A DNA stretch of 64,000 nt from Octopus sinensis (lineage: Eukaryota): positions 99,128 through 163,127 of the forward strand of contig NW_021836148.1 of NCBI RefSeq assembly GCF_006345805.1. The letters are read 5' to 3'. The notes beneath the pieces are model-generated. The model ran no database searches and had not been told where the DNA came from. It was given only the letters and a program-made list of their open reading frames with translations. The translations under genes were made by a program, and so were the position numbers. Below are positions 13,147 to 25,020 of the stretch, piece by piece. Each line of letters begins with the position of its first letter. Position 1 is the first letter of the stretch.

Positions 13147-14390
13147 TACCATTCTTAGATATACTAATTAAGAAAATTAACCTTAAAATAGAAACAGACA
13201 TTTTTTACAAAGCCACAGACGCCAAACAATACCTACTTTTTGATTCATGCCGCCCAAGACACACTAAAACAAATATCCCTTTCAACCTTGCAAGAAGGAT
13301 ATGCACAATAGTGTCAGAACAAAATACCAGGAACTTTAGACTACAAGAACTCAAAAACACCCTAATTGACAGACACTACCCAGTTCAACTCATAGAAAGA
13401 TGGAATCAGACATGCAACAGAAATCGACATAGAAACTTTGAGAAAAGTTCAACATAACAACACACCTTCCCCGAAAATACTGCCTACATATCTACATACA
13501 ACCCCAGAAACAAAGACGCCTTCACCATCATCACCCAGAATTTACCAATACTCATAAGGACCCCAAATTAAAGGAAATTCTAAACATACATAAAATCATT
13601 AAAGCTACAAACGCCTAAATCACTTAAAAAGATTCTCACAAAAGCAAAATTGTTTTCTGAAATTATGGATGCAAAAGTTAAAAAATGTGGTAGACCAAAC
13701 TGCGCAACATGCCCAAACCTTCTAGAAGGATCAGAATTCCTTTCAAAGAGGGACAAAAATTCAAGATCAGATCTAATTTTACTTGTGCTTCTGAAACATA
13801 ATTTATGACATAAGGTGCCGGGCTGCCACCAAAACTACGTGGGGTCCACGGGATTATCACTCAGACGTAGATGCACTCTGCATCGACAACAGATTGCATT
13901 CCCAGAATACAGAATGATACCCTTTAGTGAGCATATTGAGAAATGCGCAAAGCAACTACTACCACAATTTTTAATCTTTCCATTCTATCAATGTGCTATT
14001 GGAACACCAACACAAATTAGATTAAACAAGAAACATTCATTGAAAACATATAAGCCTAAACTTAACCATTCTAACATTCTATACAGAGAAACTCACCCCT
14101 TAAATAAGGGAAAAGAAATATAAAGCGATTATCTCCCTTATACCGGAAGAAATCCTTATACCTAGATCCTTCCTCCCCTACCTGGAACTCTTCTTTGCAC
14201 TGCATAACGAAGACATAACACGATGTAGGTAAAGACATTTGAAAATTTGAAAAGTTAACACGAATCGGTAATTTCCTCTCAAAAACCATGTTACTGCATG
14301 AAAATTTTATAACATTCTTCTAACATAACGACTTAAATATATTCTTTAACCTTATAAAACAAGCCTTCTGTAGTTTTTTCACACTTTTCT
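13147..14390 (+). mobile_element. Penelope-like element remnant (RT thumb, Cys linker, GIY-YIG endonuclease; Neptune-like)
   Basis: LPFLDILI..TDIFYKATDAKQYLLFDSC.P.HTKTNIPFNLARRI, KCGRPNCATCP and CHQNYVGSTGLSLRRRCTLH. Frameshifted. Same family as 58790-60360. Confidence 0.9.
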
Positions 14391-14404
14391 ATTTTCTCTC
14401 CTCC

Positions 14405-14442
<38 letters not shown>

Positions 14443-14499
14443 TTTATATATATATATATAATATATATATATATATATAATATATATTATATATATATA

Positions 14500-15487
14500 C
14501 GTTTAAATATTTGTTGTGCAAGATTTTTTATGTGAAGTCGTGTGTTGAAACAGATATTGTTATATTTCGGAATGGTCATATTGCCAGTTTATAGCCAATA
14601 AAAACACACGCACTATATATTTGGTGTTATTTTGCTTCATTGATATTTATTTTTACATTAATCTTAATCTTATTTCGGCCAAAGTTCTTTCGTCACATTC
14701 CTGTTGACCGCATCAGTGGTCCTTTGTTTTCTTCTCACTTACTTGTGTCTCTCCTTACTAACTCGTCAGCCATTTTGTATTTCTATTGTTGTCTTCTTTG
14801 CGCATGCTTATATCTCTATGTGCGTCTATGTTTATTTAGTGTGTGTTGGGGGATGCCTGTAATATTTGTATCTTCTGGTTATATACATTTCTTGTATTTG
14901 TATTTTGTTTTTTTGCTTGTTGTTGCTTTTGTTCTAATTTTGTTCATGTGTTTACATCCACCCATTATTATCATTACATATGCTTGTATGTATGTATAAC
15001 AACAATATTAGTAATAATAATAATAAACTAATCGAAAAAAAAAAAAATATATATATTTATAGTATATATATACATATTACACACATAATACACACATACA
15101 TACATATATATATATATTACACATATACATATATATAGTTATTCATTTCTATTTCTTTAATTATCTGTGTATTTATTATGTTTGCAGGATCCACTATCGT
15201 CATATGTTGTGTGTGTGCTATTGCTCTCCATTCTAGTTTTCTATTCAGGCTAGGTTTATTTTCTATTATATGTGTAGCTTCTGTAATTTGTCTAATTGTT
15301 GCATCTGTTCTATGTGTGGACAATATCTTAATCTCTATGTTATTGATTGATCCCCCGTGTTCTTGTTCACGAAATAAGATTAAGATTAATGTAAAAAATA
15401 AATATCACTGAAGCAAAATAACACCAAATATATAGTGCGTGTGTTTTTATTGGCTAAACTGGCAATATGACCATTCCAAAATATAAC

Positions 15488-15491
<4 letters not shown>
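14500..15491 (-). mobile_element. Second Penelope-like family: GIY-YIG C-terminus, 3' UTR, hammerhead-bearing terminal repeat, and an inverted copy of the terminus
   Basis: ORF 15117-15323(-) contains RQITEATHIIENKPSLNRK, typical of a GIY-YIG C-terminus. 14555-14676 is inverted-repeated at 15371-15491. Confidence 0.8.
14679..14719 (-). ncRNA. Minimal hammerhead motif with variant core CUGAUGC
   Basis: Minus strand: CCA-CTGATGC-G-GTCA acaggaatg TGAC-GAAAG-AA-CT-T^TGG. Confidence 0.65.
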
Positions 15492-15520
<29 letters not shown>

Positions 15521-15535
15521 ACATATATACATACA

Positions 15536-16172
15536 TGGTTGGCATCCTTTTTGTCTCGGGAGACAATGGAGTTGCGCTTAAAATAGTCTAGTCCGGCTTT
15601 TACATTTCCTGTCCTGATACATTTCCTGCTGTGGCTGTGTAGTCCTATCCTGGACAAACACTCCCTCTGGCAGGTACCGCAAATGTAACGAAGACTGTTC
15701 CTGACTGGTTGTAATGCCATAGTTTCTTGTTGACGTCTCTTCTTGTCTTTCCATTTCTCCTCTCTCTCTCTCTCTCTCTGTCACTCCTTTGTATTCCCTC
15801 TTTTACGGTACGTCGCCAATCTCCACGGTTGCCGGCAACTGCCTCCCAACCGCTGATATTGATGTTGCAGGCCTTCATGTTCCTTTTGCAAACATCCTTG
15901 TATAGTAAGAACGGTCTACCCACAGACCTAGTACCCCTAGCAAGCTCCCCGTAGAGTATGTCCTTGGGGATTCTGCCATCTTTCATACGGCTAACATGCC
16001 CAAGTCATCTCATACGTCTTTCTGTGAGGAGTGCAAACATGCTTGGTATTCCTGCTTGCCTGAGGACATCTTTGTTGGGGATATGATTCTGCCATTTGAT
16101 GCGGAGGATTTTCCGGAGGCAGCGCAGGTGAAAGATGTTTAGGCGACGCTCTTGGCGTGTGTATAGCATCCA
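15536..16172 (-). mobile_element. RTE-clade (BovB-like) LINE 3' fragment
   Basis: RRLNIFHLRCLRKILRIKWQ..PNKDVL, GHVSRMKDGRIPKDILYGEL..G.R..GRP..YKDVCK and the C-terminal YICGTCQRECLSRIGLHSHSRKC. Confidence 0.92.
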
Positions 16173-16427
16173 AGTATACATATATACATACATATATATA
16201 TCTATTATCTATCTATCTCTCTCTCTCTATATATATATATAATAATAAATATTAGGGATTAAATCCAAATTTACAGGGAAAAATCAGATTTAGGATTGAA
16301 TCCAATTTTATAGTAAAATATTATATAATATTAATTAGAGACAAAACCACTATTATGCAAATCAAACAAAGAAAGACTTAATCCAATACATAAAAAATTT
16401 TATATAAATTAAATAAAATTAAGTTAT

Positions 16428-16473
16428 CCACTACAATTGTTTCTTGTCACTTCTAAGGACATTCATCAGGTGG
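16428..16473 (-). ncRNA. Minimal type I hammerhead ribozyme (left arm)
   Basis: Exact reverse complement of 16522-16567. Confidence 0.85.
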
Positions 16474-16521
16474 TTTTCAGACCTTCTATTCAATTTTAAA
16501 ATTGAATAGAAGGTCTGAAAA

Positions 16522-16567
16522 CCACCTGATGAATGTCCTTAGAAGTGACAAGAAACAATTGTAGTGG
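16522..16567 (+). ncRNA. Minimal type I hammerhead ribozyme (right arm)
   Basis: CCAC-CTGATGA-A-TGTC cttagaagt GACA-A-GAAAC-AATT-GT-A^GTGG. Canonical core, GUA site, self-complementary stem III ACAATTGT. Confidence 0.85.
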
Positions 16568-16680
16568 ATAACTTAATTTTATTTAATTTATATAAAAATT
16601 TTTATGTATTGGATTAAGTCTTTCTTTGTTTGATTTGCATAATAGTGGTTTTGTCTCTAATTAATATTATATATATATAT

Positions 16681-16753
16681 ATTCTGTAAATAATAATAAT
16701 AGTATTTTATAAGATTTAAGCTTATAAAATACTATTATTAGTATTTACAGAAT
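16681..16753. repeat. Short AT-rich hairpin (arms about 33 bp)
   Basis: ATTCTGTAAATAATAATAATAGTATTTTATAAG ... CTTATAAAATACTATTATTAGTATTTACAGAAT. A related motif occurs near 38186. Confidence 0.8.
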
Positions 16754-16877
16754 TGTAAAAGTCGACACTGCTTAACAAAACCATCTCAGTGAAAGCATAC
16801 ACACACACAAACTGCGCTTCAAATTATTAACATTTTTTATTTTAATTAACAACCACTTGTTGGAATTCAACGAAATT

Positions 16878-17695
16878 GGATCTTTTCCTTTTGAACGGCA
16901 TATGTCAACACAATTTCTAGTTAACTAAACACTTTTAAACTTCGTATACTGGTAGAATGTGTTTATAAAACATCATTTTTTCTTGGCTTTATTGAGAAAA
17001 TTCTATACTTTGTAAGATATTTCCACTTTAAAATCGAGCATTTCGGCAATTTTAACCAATCGCTGAAGTCCATTTGGGGTTCAAACATTCCGTGCTGTAT
17101 GAATATGTCCCTCCTTTAAGAAACAGATTGGGTTTTTTTACATTTGCGAAGAAAAAAAGATACCCTTTCCCCACCCTAACCCTAAAACCGATTGAAATGC
17201 AATAGTTCGATACTAGGGTCATAATTATGGGTGACAATTTCATACGACACCGCTACGGAAAATGGGATTTTTTTCTAGCGGTGTCTAATGAAAATGTCAC
17301 CCATAATTATAACCCTAGTATCGATCTATTGCATTTCAATCTGTTTTAGGGTTAGGGTTAGTTAGAGTTAGGGGTGGGGTTAGGGTTAGGGTTAGGGGTG
17401 GAGGAAGGGTATCTTTTTTTCTTCGCAAATGTAAATAAACCCAATCTGTTTCTTAAAGGAGGGACATATTCATACAGCACGGGATGTTTGAACCCCAAAT
17501 GGACTCCAGCGATTGGTTAAAATTGCCGAAATGCTCGATTTTAAAGTGGAAATATCTTACAAAGTATAGAATGTTCTCAATAAAGCCAAGAAAAAAATGA
17601 TGTTTTATAAACACATTCTACCAGTATACGAAGTTTAAAAGTGTTTAGTTAACTAGAAATTGTGTTGACATATGCCGTTCAAAAGGAAAAGATCC
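16878..17695. mobile_element. Palindromic dimer of a Merlin-like MITE carrying TTAGGG repeats
   Basis: Termini GGATCTTTTCCTTTTGAACGGCA / TGCCGTTCAAAAGGAAAAGATCC. Inverted arms of about 390 bp. 8-bp TSD ACGAAATT at 16870-16877 and 17696-17703. Each arm matches the monomers at 27758 and 29886. Confidence 0.88.
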
Positions 17696-17851
17696 ACGAA
17701 ATTTCCACAGAATGATTGCAATAATTGTATGCGCGTGGTGTGTAAAAACGTGAGCTTTTGCGCAAGTGTAAACAAACCGCGGCCATTTGCATGATTTCCA
17801 AGAACTTTCAGTGTTCCAAATTATTAACGAGTGGTCGATAATCGTGTAATT

Positions 17852-18406
17852 GTGGGTCGTAAATGTGACCTAACTGCCTCAGAGAAATCCGTTATTACTT
17901 CTGAACTTGCAAAAGGTAAATCAACATTAGAAATATCTAAAATAATTTGAAGATATCGCCAAACTATGAAGACATTTGTTACAGCTCCTACGAAGATACG
18001 CAAGAGATCCGACAAGGGTCAGTCGAGGGCTGTTTCTCAACGTTCTCTGTCACGAATTTAGCGTGAAGCTATAAAGAAGCCAGGTCTTATAAGTGGAGAA
18101 CTTTTCAAGCGCATTGGCGAAACAGCTGTGTCCAGAACTACTCGATGTCGTCTCCTGAAAAAAGGTCGATAAAAGGCCTCCCTTTATACAAACTACACAT
18201 ATAAAATCGTCTGAAATGGGCAGAAGATAACATGAAGGTCAACTTTCCAAAAGTTTTATTTATGAACGAAACTCATGCGACTCTTGATGGACCTGATAGT
18301 TGGAGCATGGACGATATCATTATCAACGCTTGAGACGCCAACGAGGAGCGGGTCGCAACATGATTTGGGCAGGTATTATTGAAGGCATTATGGCTGATCC
18401 TTGGAG
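17852..18406 (+). pseudogene. Tc1/Tc3-like transposase pseudogene (N-terminal half)
   Basis: GRKCDLTASEKSVITSELAKGKSTLEISKI, NRLKWAEDNMKVNFPKVLFMNETHATLDGPDSW (~VLFTDE.RATLDGPDGW) and RRQRGAG..MIWAGII. Contains stops and frameshifts. Confidence 0.85.
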
Positions 18407-18915
18407 AGAAAAGAGAGAGAAGAAGGAGGGAAAGTAATAAAATAATAAAAAAATGATAAAATATTTTTTATTATTTTATTACTCTTCTTCTCTCTCTTTT
18501 TTCTCTTCTCTTTATTCTCTTATCTTTTTTCTCTTTCTTTATTCCTCTCTTCCTGTTTTCGATTTGGCCCAACTAATACACTCCCTTAGGTCACTTTAAA
18601 TAAAAAAACCTTTGACTCTACCACACTGTTTATAAATACTGTACTTGGAATGACCAAGTTTAAATACTGCTGGATCTCACTCATAAGGTATTGGTATCTT
18701 ACATTGTGTATAAACTCTATATTTGGAAGGACCCATTTTAAATTCTGTTGGATTTTACTCATAAGGTATTGGAATCTTACATATATACCATTCTGCCTAA
18801 AAGACGGATCTACAACTTCAATATCCCTACATATCTTACATCTATTTTCTTTCCTCCACCTCACTCCCTCTTTTGTATCCTATCTAAACTACTATTACTT
18901 AACCATTCTCACACC

Positions 18916-18967
18916 GTCTCCGATTAACGGATATAATTAATAAATATCCTGGAAACAGCTGTAAGAC
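18916..18967 (+). ncRNA. Degenerate hammerhead motif in a short repeat element (about 18555-19150)
   Basis: GTCT-CCGATTA(core decayed)-AC-GGATAT aattaataa ATATCC-TG-GAAAC-AGCT-GT-A^AGAC. Stems I, II and the palindromic stem III are retained. Confidence 0.6.
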
Positions 18968-19176
18968 CTCCTATCTATAAATGTTCTAATATCTACACAG
19001 CCTTGGTTTTTTTTATCTCATTACCAAAAAATTCTTATATACACACGCTGACATATGACCAACGTTGAACCCCTTATTCGCAAAATTACCGAACCTGGAA
19101 CTTCACTATGATCTGTCTATAGCACTTATTCCGCATTACCTAACACCTTTGGGTCTCAATGATACCATTACCTCCC

Positions 19177-19217
<41 letters not shown>

Positions 19218-19232
19218 GGTGTGTGTGTGTAT

Positions 19233-19568
19233 GGTGAAGGCGCATGGCTCAGTGGTTAGAGCGTCGAGCTTACGATCGTGAGGTTGTGAGTTCGAATCCC
19301 GGACCGGGCTGCGTGTTGTATTCTTGAGCAAGGCACTTTATTTCACGTTGCTCCAGTTCACTCAGCTGTAGAAATGAGTTGCGACGTCACTGGTGCCAAG
19401 CTGTATCGACCTATGTCTTTCCCTTGGATAACACTAGTGGCGTGGAGAGGGGAGGCTGGTATGCATGGGCGACTGCTGGTCTTCCATAAACAACCTTGCC
19501 CGGACTTGTGTCTAGGAGAGTAACTTTCTAGGTGCAATGCCATGGTCATTCATGACCGAAGGGGGTCT
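19233..19568 (+). mobile_element. SINE family D (tRNA head, CORE-like TTGAGCAAGGCACTTTA domain, tail type Z)
   Basis: A box TGGCTCAGTGGTTAGAG and B box GAGTTCGAATCCC. The central domain is shared with 56128-56412. Confidence 0.88.
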
Positions 19569-19914
19569 TTTTTTTGTTGTGTGTGTATATACAGAGAGAA
19601 ATGAATTTTAAAATTTCAAAATATCACTACACGAGTTTCAATAGTATAGTTTATTCCCAAATACAAAGTCCTGTACATAACATATTAGATAACATTACAT
19701 AACCTCGCAGTGTCCAGAATCAGCAAATTTCTATGTAACTCTGTATGGACCGCTGTGTTCTGATCCGTTGAATCCTTGTAATCCTTCATTTCGAAGTAAT
19801 CTGTTTAGCTACATTCACGGAGATGCTACTAAGTTACTTTTGCCAATATCTATTTTATCTCCTCTGCATAACTATAACTGTTTGTCTATACAGATATGTA
19901 CACACACATACATA

Positions 19915-20081
19915 CAGAGCCGGCTCAAGGTACTGGCAACTCGAGCAGTCGCTCGGGGCGCCATGTGCTAGGGGGCACCAAAGAGGGCGTGACAAAGACA
20001 AGAAAATTTCCACGACCGTCAGCCTTGTACACGCTGAAGTTCAGCTTGCTCGGGGCGCCAGCAACCCTAGGGCCGACCCTG
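19915..20081. mobile_element. Short GC-rich hAT-like MITE
   Basis: Termini CAGAGCCGGCTC / GGGCCGACCCTG. Internal repeat GCTCGGGGCGCCA occurs twice. Flanks CATACATA / TATATATA. Confidence 0.6.
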
Positions 20082-20274
20082 TATATATAAAAGACTTTCT
20101 CACTTTCCCGAGCATCAAAATAATACACCTGTCTCCTTCTTCTTCTTTTTTGTAAACTTCAACTATATGTGTGCAAGTACGTAATATATGTGTATATATG
20201 TATGTGCGTAAGAGTGCGTACGTATATATTAGTCTACGTGTACATATATATATATACACATACATACATATATA

Positions 20275-20331
<57 letters not shown>

Positions 20332-21214
20332 CACTTACATATATATGTATGTATGTGTATGTATAATTACAAATAGGTATACACGTATAAATATGTGTAT
20401 GTGTACTTCTGTAAATGAAATAAACACGTGTATCTTTAGTATATTACAGAAGCTTTATCTCATTTAAGATGTATTTATTAAGTCCTTTATGCGAAAGCTG
20501 TTTGCTGCGATCTCAGAACACAAGTATATAATCCATATCCAAGATGGAATCACATTTCTCCCCGAGGATAAACCTTAAAATGACAAGATATCTTCTTTAA
20601 TGGAAATTTAATATTCGTTTATGCTAATAACCTCCCATGGCTTTTGGGTTAGAAGTAAAAAACAGGCCCATCAAAAAATGTGTACTTTCACAGATTTAGT
20701 TGCTTTTAATCTGATCAGACTTCTATTGCTATAACTAATATGTGACAGCAAATACCATAGTTTTGAATAGAACACTATTCACATCTTATCAGATTTATCT
20801 AGTTACGTGAATATAATTTTCTACCAAGTTTAAATTTCAAACTTTCTCTGATGAGGTGTGTGATTGCAACGGATATACAGCTGGAATGTTATTGAATGAA
20901 TACAAAATAGGTTAGCAGCTGTCATAAATATTTGTTTGTTTTTACATGTGTGCATCCAACTTTGGTATAAAAAAAAAATATATATATATATAGTTACATG
21001 GACAATCATCTTAAATCGTTCAACAGAAGTAAAACAAAAAACATTAAGATATTGAAATTTTAGTTTCGATATAAATCACGTTTATTAACGAAGGAAGGTG
21101 TTTGTGTTATCAACGGATAATTTTTGCAAATACTTTCTAAGAAAGATGGATATTCGCCGTTGTGCTAAATGCCAAAAGTGCACTAGGCTGCAATTATTGA
21201 TGCCTAATATACTG

Positions 21215-21245
<31 letters not shown>

Positions 21246-21450
21246 TGTATGTGTGTGTGCAATGTTTCATTACGTGTTTCAAGCATATAGCACTTGATAA
21301 GAACAGCAGAGTTGAATATTTCGACATAGAAACAGATTGATACTTATACACAGGTTACTTGAAATTTCATGTCTTTGTAATAATACAACCAGCAAAGCTG
21401 TATGCCTTTACCCATCATAAAAAAGTTTCAGGCATTTTAGTTTTTAAACA

Positions 21451-22136
21451 GGGCGTCGAGCTGTCAGAATCGTAAGCGCGCCGGGCGAAATGCTTAGACG
21501 AAAGTCTGCCGTTACGTTCTGAGTTCAAATTCCGCCGAGGTCGACTTTGCCTTTCATCCCTTCGGGACGCACTGGGGTCGATATAATCGACTTAATCCGT
21601 TTGTCTGTACTTGTTTGTCTCCTCTGTGTTTACCCCCTTGTGGGTAGTAAAGAAATAGGTATTTCGTCTGGCAAAATGCTTAGCGGTGAGCTGGCAGAAT
21701 CGTTAGCACGCCGGGCGAATCCGTAGCCGCATTTCGTCTGCCGTTACGTTCTGAGTTCAAATTCCGCCGACTTTGCCTTTCATTCTTTATGCACTGGGGT
21801 CGATATAATCGACTTAATCCCTTTGTCTGTCCTTATTTGTCCGCCGACTTTGCCTTTCATCCTTTCGGGGTCGATTAGATAAGTAACAGTTACGCACTGG
21901 AGTCAATATAATCGACTTAATCCGTTTGTCTGTCCTTGTTTGTCTCCTCTGTGTGTAGCAGTAAAGAAATAGATATTTCGCCCGTCGCTACGTTCTGAGT
22001 TCAAATTCCGCCGAGGTCGACTTTGCCCTTCATCTTTTTGGAGTGAATAAATTAAGTACCAGCTACGCACTGGGGATCGATGTAATCGATTACCCGCCTC
22101 CTCCAAATTTCAGGCCTTATGCCTACAGTAGAAAGA
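21451..22136 (+). mobile_element. Multimeric SINE family A array (about 4 partial units) bounded by one TSD
   Basis: Repeated family A bodies. ATTTTAGTTTTTA at 21434-21446 and 22137-22149. Confidence 0.88.
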
Positions 22137-23417
22137 ATTTTAGTTTTTACAAGTATTTTTTAAAGCATTCATTTCTGTTTTATCATTGTGGAAAGCAACA
22201 CAAATATATGCAATCGCTTAGCACATAGACAAGCATCTATAGATACACCCACATTTCCACATATATATATTTTATGTTCGTGCTGCAAATACGTGTAAGT
22301 TAATATATGTGCAAAGAACGGAAATTGCCCCATATAATGTATTGGTGTAAGATTATTTGCGAGTGCAATTCGTCAGGCAGTTGAGGTATGCTCAGATATA
22401 TTACGCGTGTTTCTTGAAATGTCTGCGTTTTCCGACCTACCTTTTAGATAGTGAATGGTTTCTTGTCGGTTCTGAAGAATGACACCTTATATAGTTCGTA
22501 AAAGATTTCTAATTCTACTATTCCTGCAACGTCTTTAATTTTCAATAATTATTTTGGTGTAATAATTGAGAGTGTTTCTATTTTATCACTGTATGTAGTC
22601 GAATAATTTAGCCACATTTCTTTTCGAAATGCTTAAAACGAAGTAAGATTGTTGTATCTGTATTTGATCTCACCTTCTGTCGTATCTATATATCTTTCAT
22701 TTACCACCTTAAGGTTTGGTTGGTTTGATATTTTTCTATTCTGCATGTAAACGCAGTTTTGTACATTAAGCCTTTTTGCATTACATTAAATATACGGTAG
22801 TACCACGGTTTCGGAACAAGTCTGTCCACGAATAAATCGTGCTTTATCTTTCGTCTTTCTCATATTCATTTAATACAGTAGTACTTCGGTTTACGAACGC
22901 CTCTGAGTGTGTGTGTGTGTGGCACGATTTATTCGTGGTCAGAGTTATTCGAAAACCGAGGTACTACAGTAGTTGGCCGGCATTTATCGATGCTTCTTCA
23001 ATGGCAGTCTTTTGTAGAATTATAACATATATTCTTCATGTCGGTGATCTGCTAAATAGCTTTTCTATATCTATATATAATGGGAAAGTATTTATCGATT
23101 AAGTTCAAGAAGGTTTTAGTTGTATTAAATTTCATATTTCATAAGGACTGCGTACCGTCGAAAATTTCTTATTTGTGATTGTCGCATAAAATATGAAACT
23201 TTGTTCCTATTACTTCATACATATTTACACACGCGCGCACACACATATATCTGTATGTATATGTGTGAATGCATGTATATACATGCGTATGCATATATAC
23301 ATGCATATATAGATATATATGTGCATTTATATGTATATATATGTATAATTATGCATATACATATATATATATATACATACTTGCATATATACGTACAGAC
23401 CTACATACACACACATG

Positions 23418-23451
<34 letters not shown>

Positions 23452-23519
23452 ATATATATATATGTATATGTATATATATATATATGTATATATATATGTA
23501 TATGTATATATATGTATAG

Positions 23520-25020
23520 TCTGTTGTCCCAGTTTTCAAAAAGGGAAACAAGTCCCTTGCAGTGAATTACCGTCCGATCTCACTCACCTCTCATATCATC
23601 AAGGTATTTGAGAGGGTGGTGAGATCTCGAATAACCCAGTTTCTGGAAAGCAACAGACGGCTGATCTCCAACCAACATGGGTTCCGTAATGGAAGGGACT
23701 GCCTAACGCAGCTCCTGCATCACTTTGAGGACATTTTGAGAGCTTTGGGAGAGGGCTCCAACACCGATGTCATCTACCTTGATTTCAGTAAGGCCTTCGA
23801 CAGGGTCGATCACAAGATCCTATTGAAAAAACTATCCAACATTGGTGTCTCTGGAAAGTTACTGAAATGGATTAAGTGTTTCCTGACAGACAGATCTCAA
23901 CATGTTGTAGTTGAAGGGGTAAAATCAAGCCCAGCCAAAGTCAGTAGTGGCGTTCCGCAAGGCACTGTGCTGGGCCCACTTCTTTCCATCATTTACATTA
24001 ATGACATTAATGACATCATCAAGCACAGCAACATAAAAATCTTTGCAGATGACTCCAAGCTACAGAAGGTCATAAATGAGGCGAGTGACCGGGCATGCCT
24101 TCAGTCAGATCTACTGGCTGTTATCCAATGGGCAGAAAAAAACAATATGCTGCTGAACGAGGATAAATTTGAGCTAATCCACTTTGGAAAAGAGGATGCC
24201 CTGAAACTCCCATACTCCCTTCCTTCAGGTGAAACTCTCGCGGCGTCCAACAACATCAGAGACTTGGGAGTAATTGTGGGCAACAACGTAAGCTGGGCCA
24301 CTCATATAAACACCAAAGTTGACATGGCCCGCAGAATGTGTTCCTGGATTCTCAGAACTTTCCAGTCGAGAGATATCCACACCATTATCCTTCTCTTCTC
24401 CACTTTTGCCCGACCCCACCTTGAATACTGTTGTCCACTGTGGTCTCCCCACACAATACAAGGTATCATAAAAGTTGAAGCACCTCAAAGGGCAATCACA
24501 AAAAAGATAGATGGCATGACAGGCCTCGACTATTGGGGTCGGCTAGAAAAGCTAAAACTCTATTCTCTCCAACGTCGTCGTGAGCGCTACATCATCTGCA
24601 TGATGTGGAAAATATTCCATCAGCATTGCCCAAATGATGTTGGCATCACCTTTAAGGTACATCCAAGGCTTGGGCCCCGTGCCATCCGCCCAAAACAAAA
24701 ATCGCACTCTCATCTCATAACAACAATACGGCACAATTATTTCACCTCAATTGGCCCCGCTCTCTTTAACATTACACCAAAACACATTAAAACAGAAACT
24801 GACCCTATAGGGTTCAAGAAGTCTTTGGACAGATTCCTTCAAGAAATCCCGGATAAACCCCCTACACCCGGATATGTCTCTGTAAACAATAACTCTCTAC
24901 TTGAGTGGGCCATAGTGCCCAAATTCTGACTTGAAAGACTTCACCAGGTGGTGCTATTAAGTTAGACATGGCCTGGGCCAATAATGGCCGAAACCTATCA
25001 AAGTATCAAAGTATCAAAGT
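23520..25020 (+). mobile_element. Young 5'-truncated CR1/L2-group LINE inserted in a TA-rich microsatellite
   Basis: Uninterrupted RT frame, short 3' UTR and (AAAGTATC)n tail at about 24996-25020. Microsatellite on both sides. Confidence 0.95.
23523..24929 (+). CDS. LINE ORF2 reverse transcriptase domain (open frame, 5'-truncated, no endonuclease)
   Basis: [68 protein letters not shown] and [10 protein letters not shown], with no stop until 24929. Confidence 0.93.
   Translation, partial: VVPVFKKGNKSLAVNYRPISLTSHIIKVFERVVRSRITQFLESNRRLISNQHGFRNGRDCLTQLLHHFEDILRALGEGSNTDVIYLDFSKAFDRVDHKILLKKLSNIGVSGKLLKWIKCFLTDRSQHVVVEGVKSSPAKVSSGVPQGTVLGPLLSIIYINDINDIIKHSNIKIFADDSKLQKVINEASDRACLQSDLLAVIQWAEKNNMLLNEDKFELIHFGKEDALKLPYSLPSGETLAASNNIRDLGVIVGNNVSWATHINTKVDMARRMCSWILRTFQSRDIHTIILLFSTFARPHLEYCCPLWSPHTIQGIIKVEAPQRAITKKIDGMTGLDYWGRLEKLKLYSLQRRRERYIICMMWKIFHQHCPNDVGITFKVHPRLGPRAIRPKQKSHSHLITTIRHNYFTSIGPALFNITPKHIKTETDPIGFKKSLDRFLQEIPDKPPTPGYVSVNNNSLLEWAIVPKF

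Larger units (their letters stand above)
16322..16673. repeat. 352-bp near-perfect spacerless palindrome made of two inverted hammerhead-bearing units
   Basis: Symmetry axis 16497/16498 (CAATTTT|AAAATTG). Arms of 176 bp with about one mismatch. The element (about 16240-16673) is embedded in (TA)n. Confidence 0.95.

Noticed and set aside
17346-17410. True telomere or chromosome-fusion scar
   Set aside because: The TTAGGG units sit at a fixed position inside a multi-copy MITE with TSDs.
18633-18790. 26-aa repeat protein in ORF 18586-18864(-)
   Set aside because: It is a diverged 78-bp tandem duplication inside a repeat element, with no support for coding function.
19233-19310. tRNA-like sequences here and at 9263, 28620-28701 and 29240 as real tRNA genes
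   Set aside because: They continue into SINE bodies, two have TSDs, and none shows a clean acceptor stem or Pol III terminator.
21451-22136. CRISPR-like repeat array, also considered for the 38330-38596 subrepeats
   Set aside because: Eukaryotic context, no unique equal-length spacers, and the repeats are retroposon subunits.
22330-23200. Possible very old retroelement remnants here and at about 43400-44100 and 57470-57990
   Set aside because: Only isolated short motifs (for example EKFSYLG), insufficient to assign family or boundaries.
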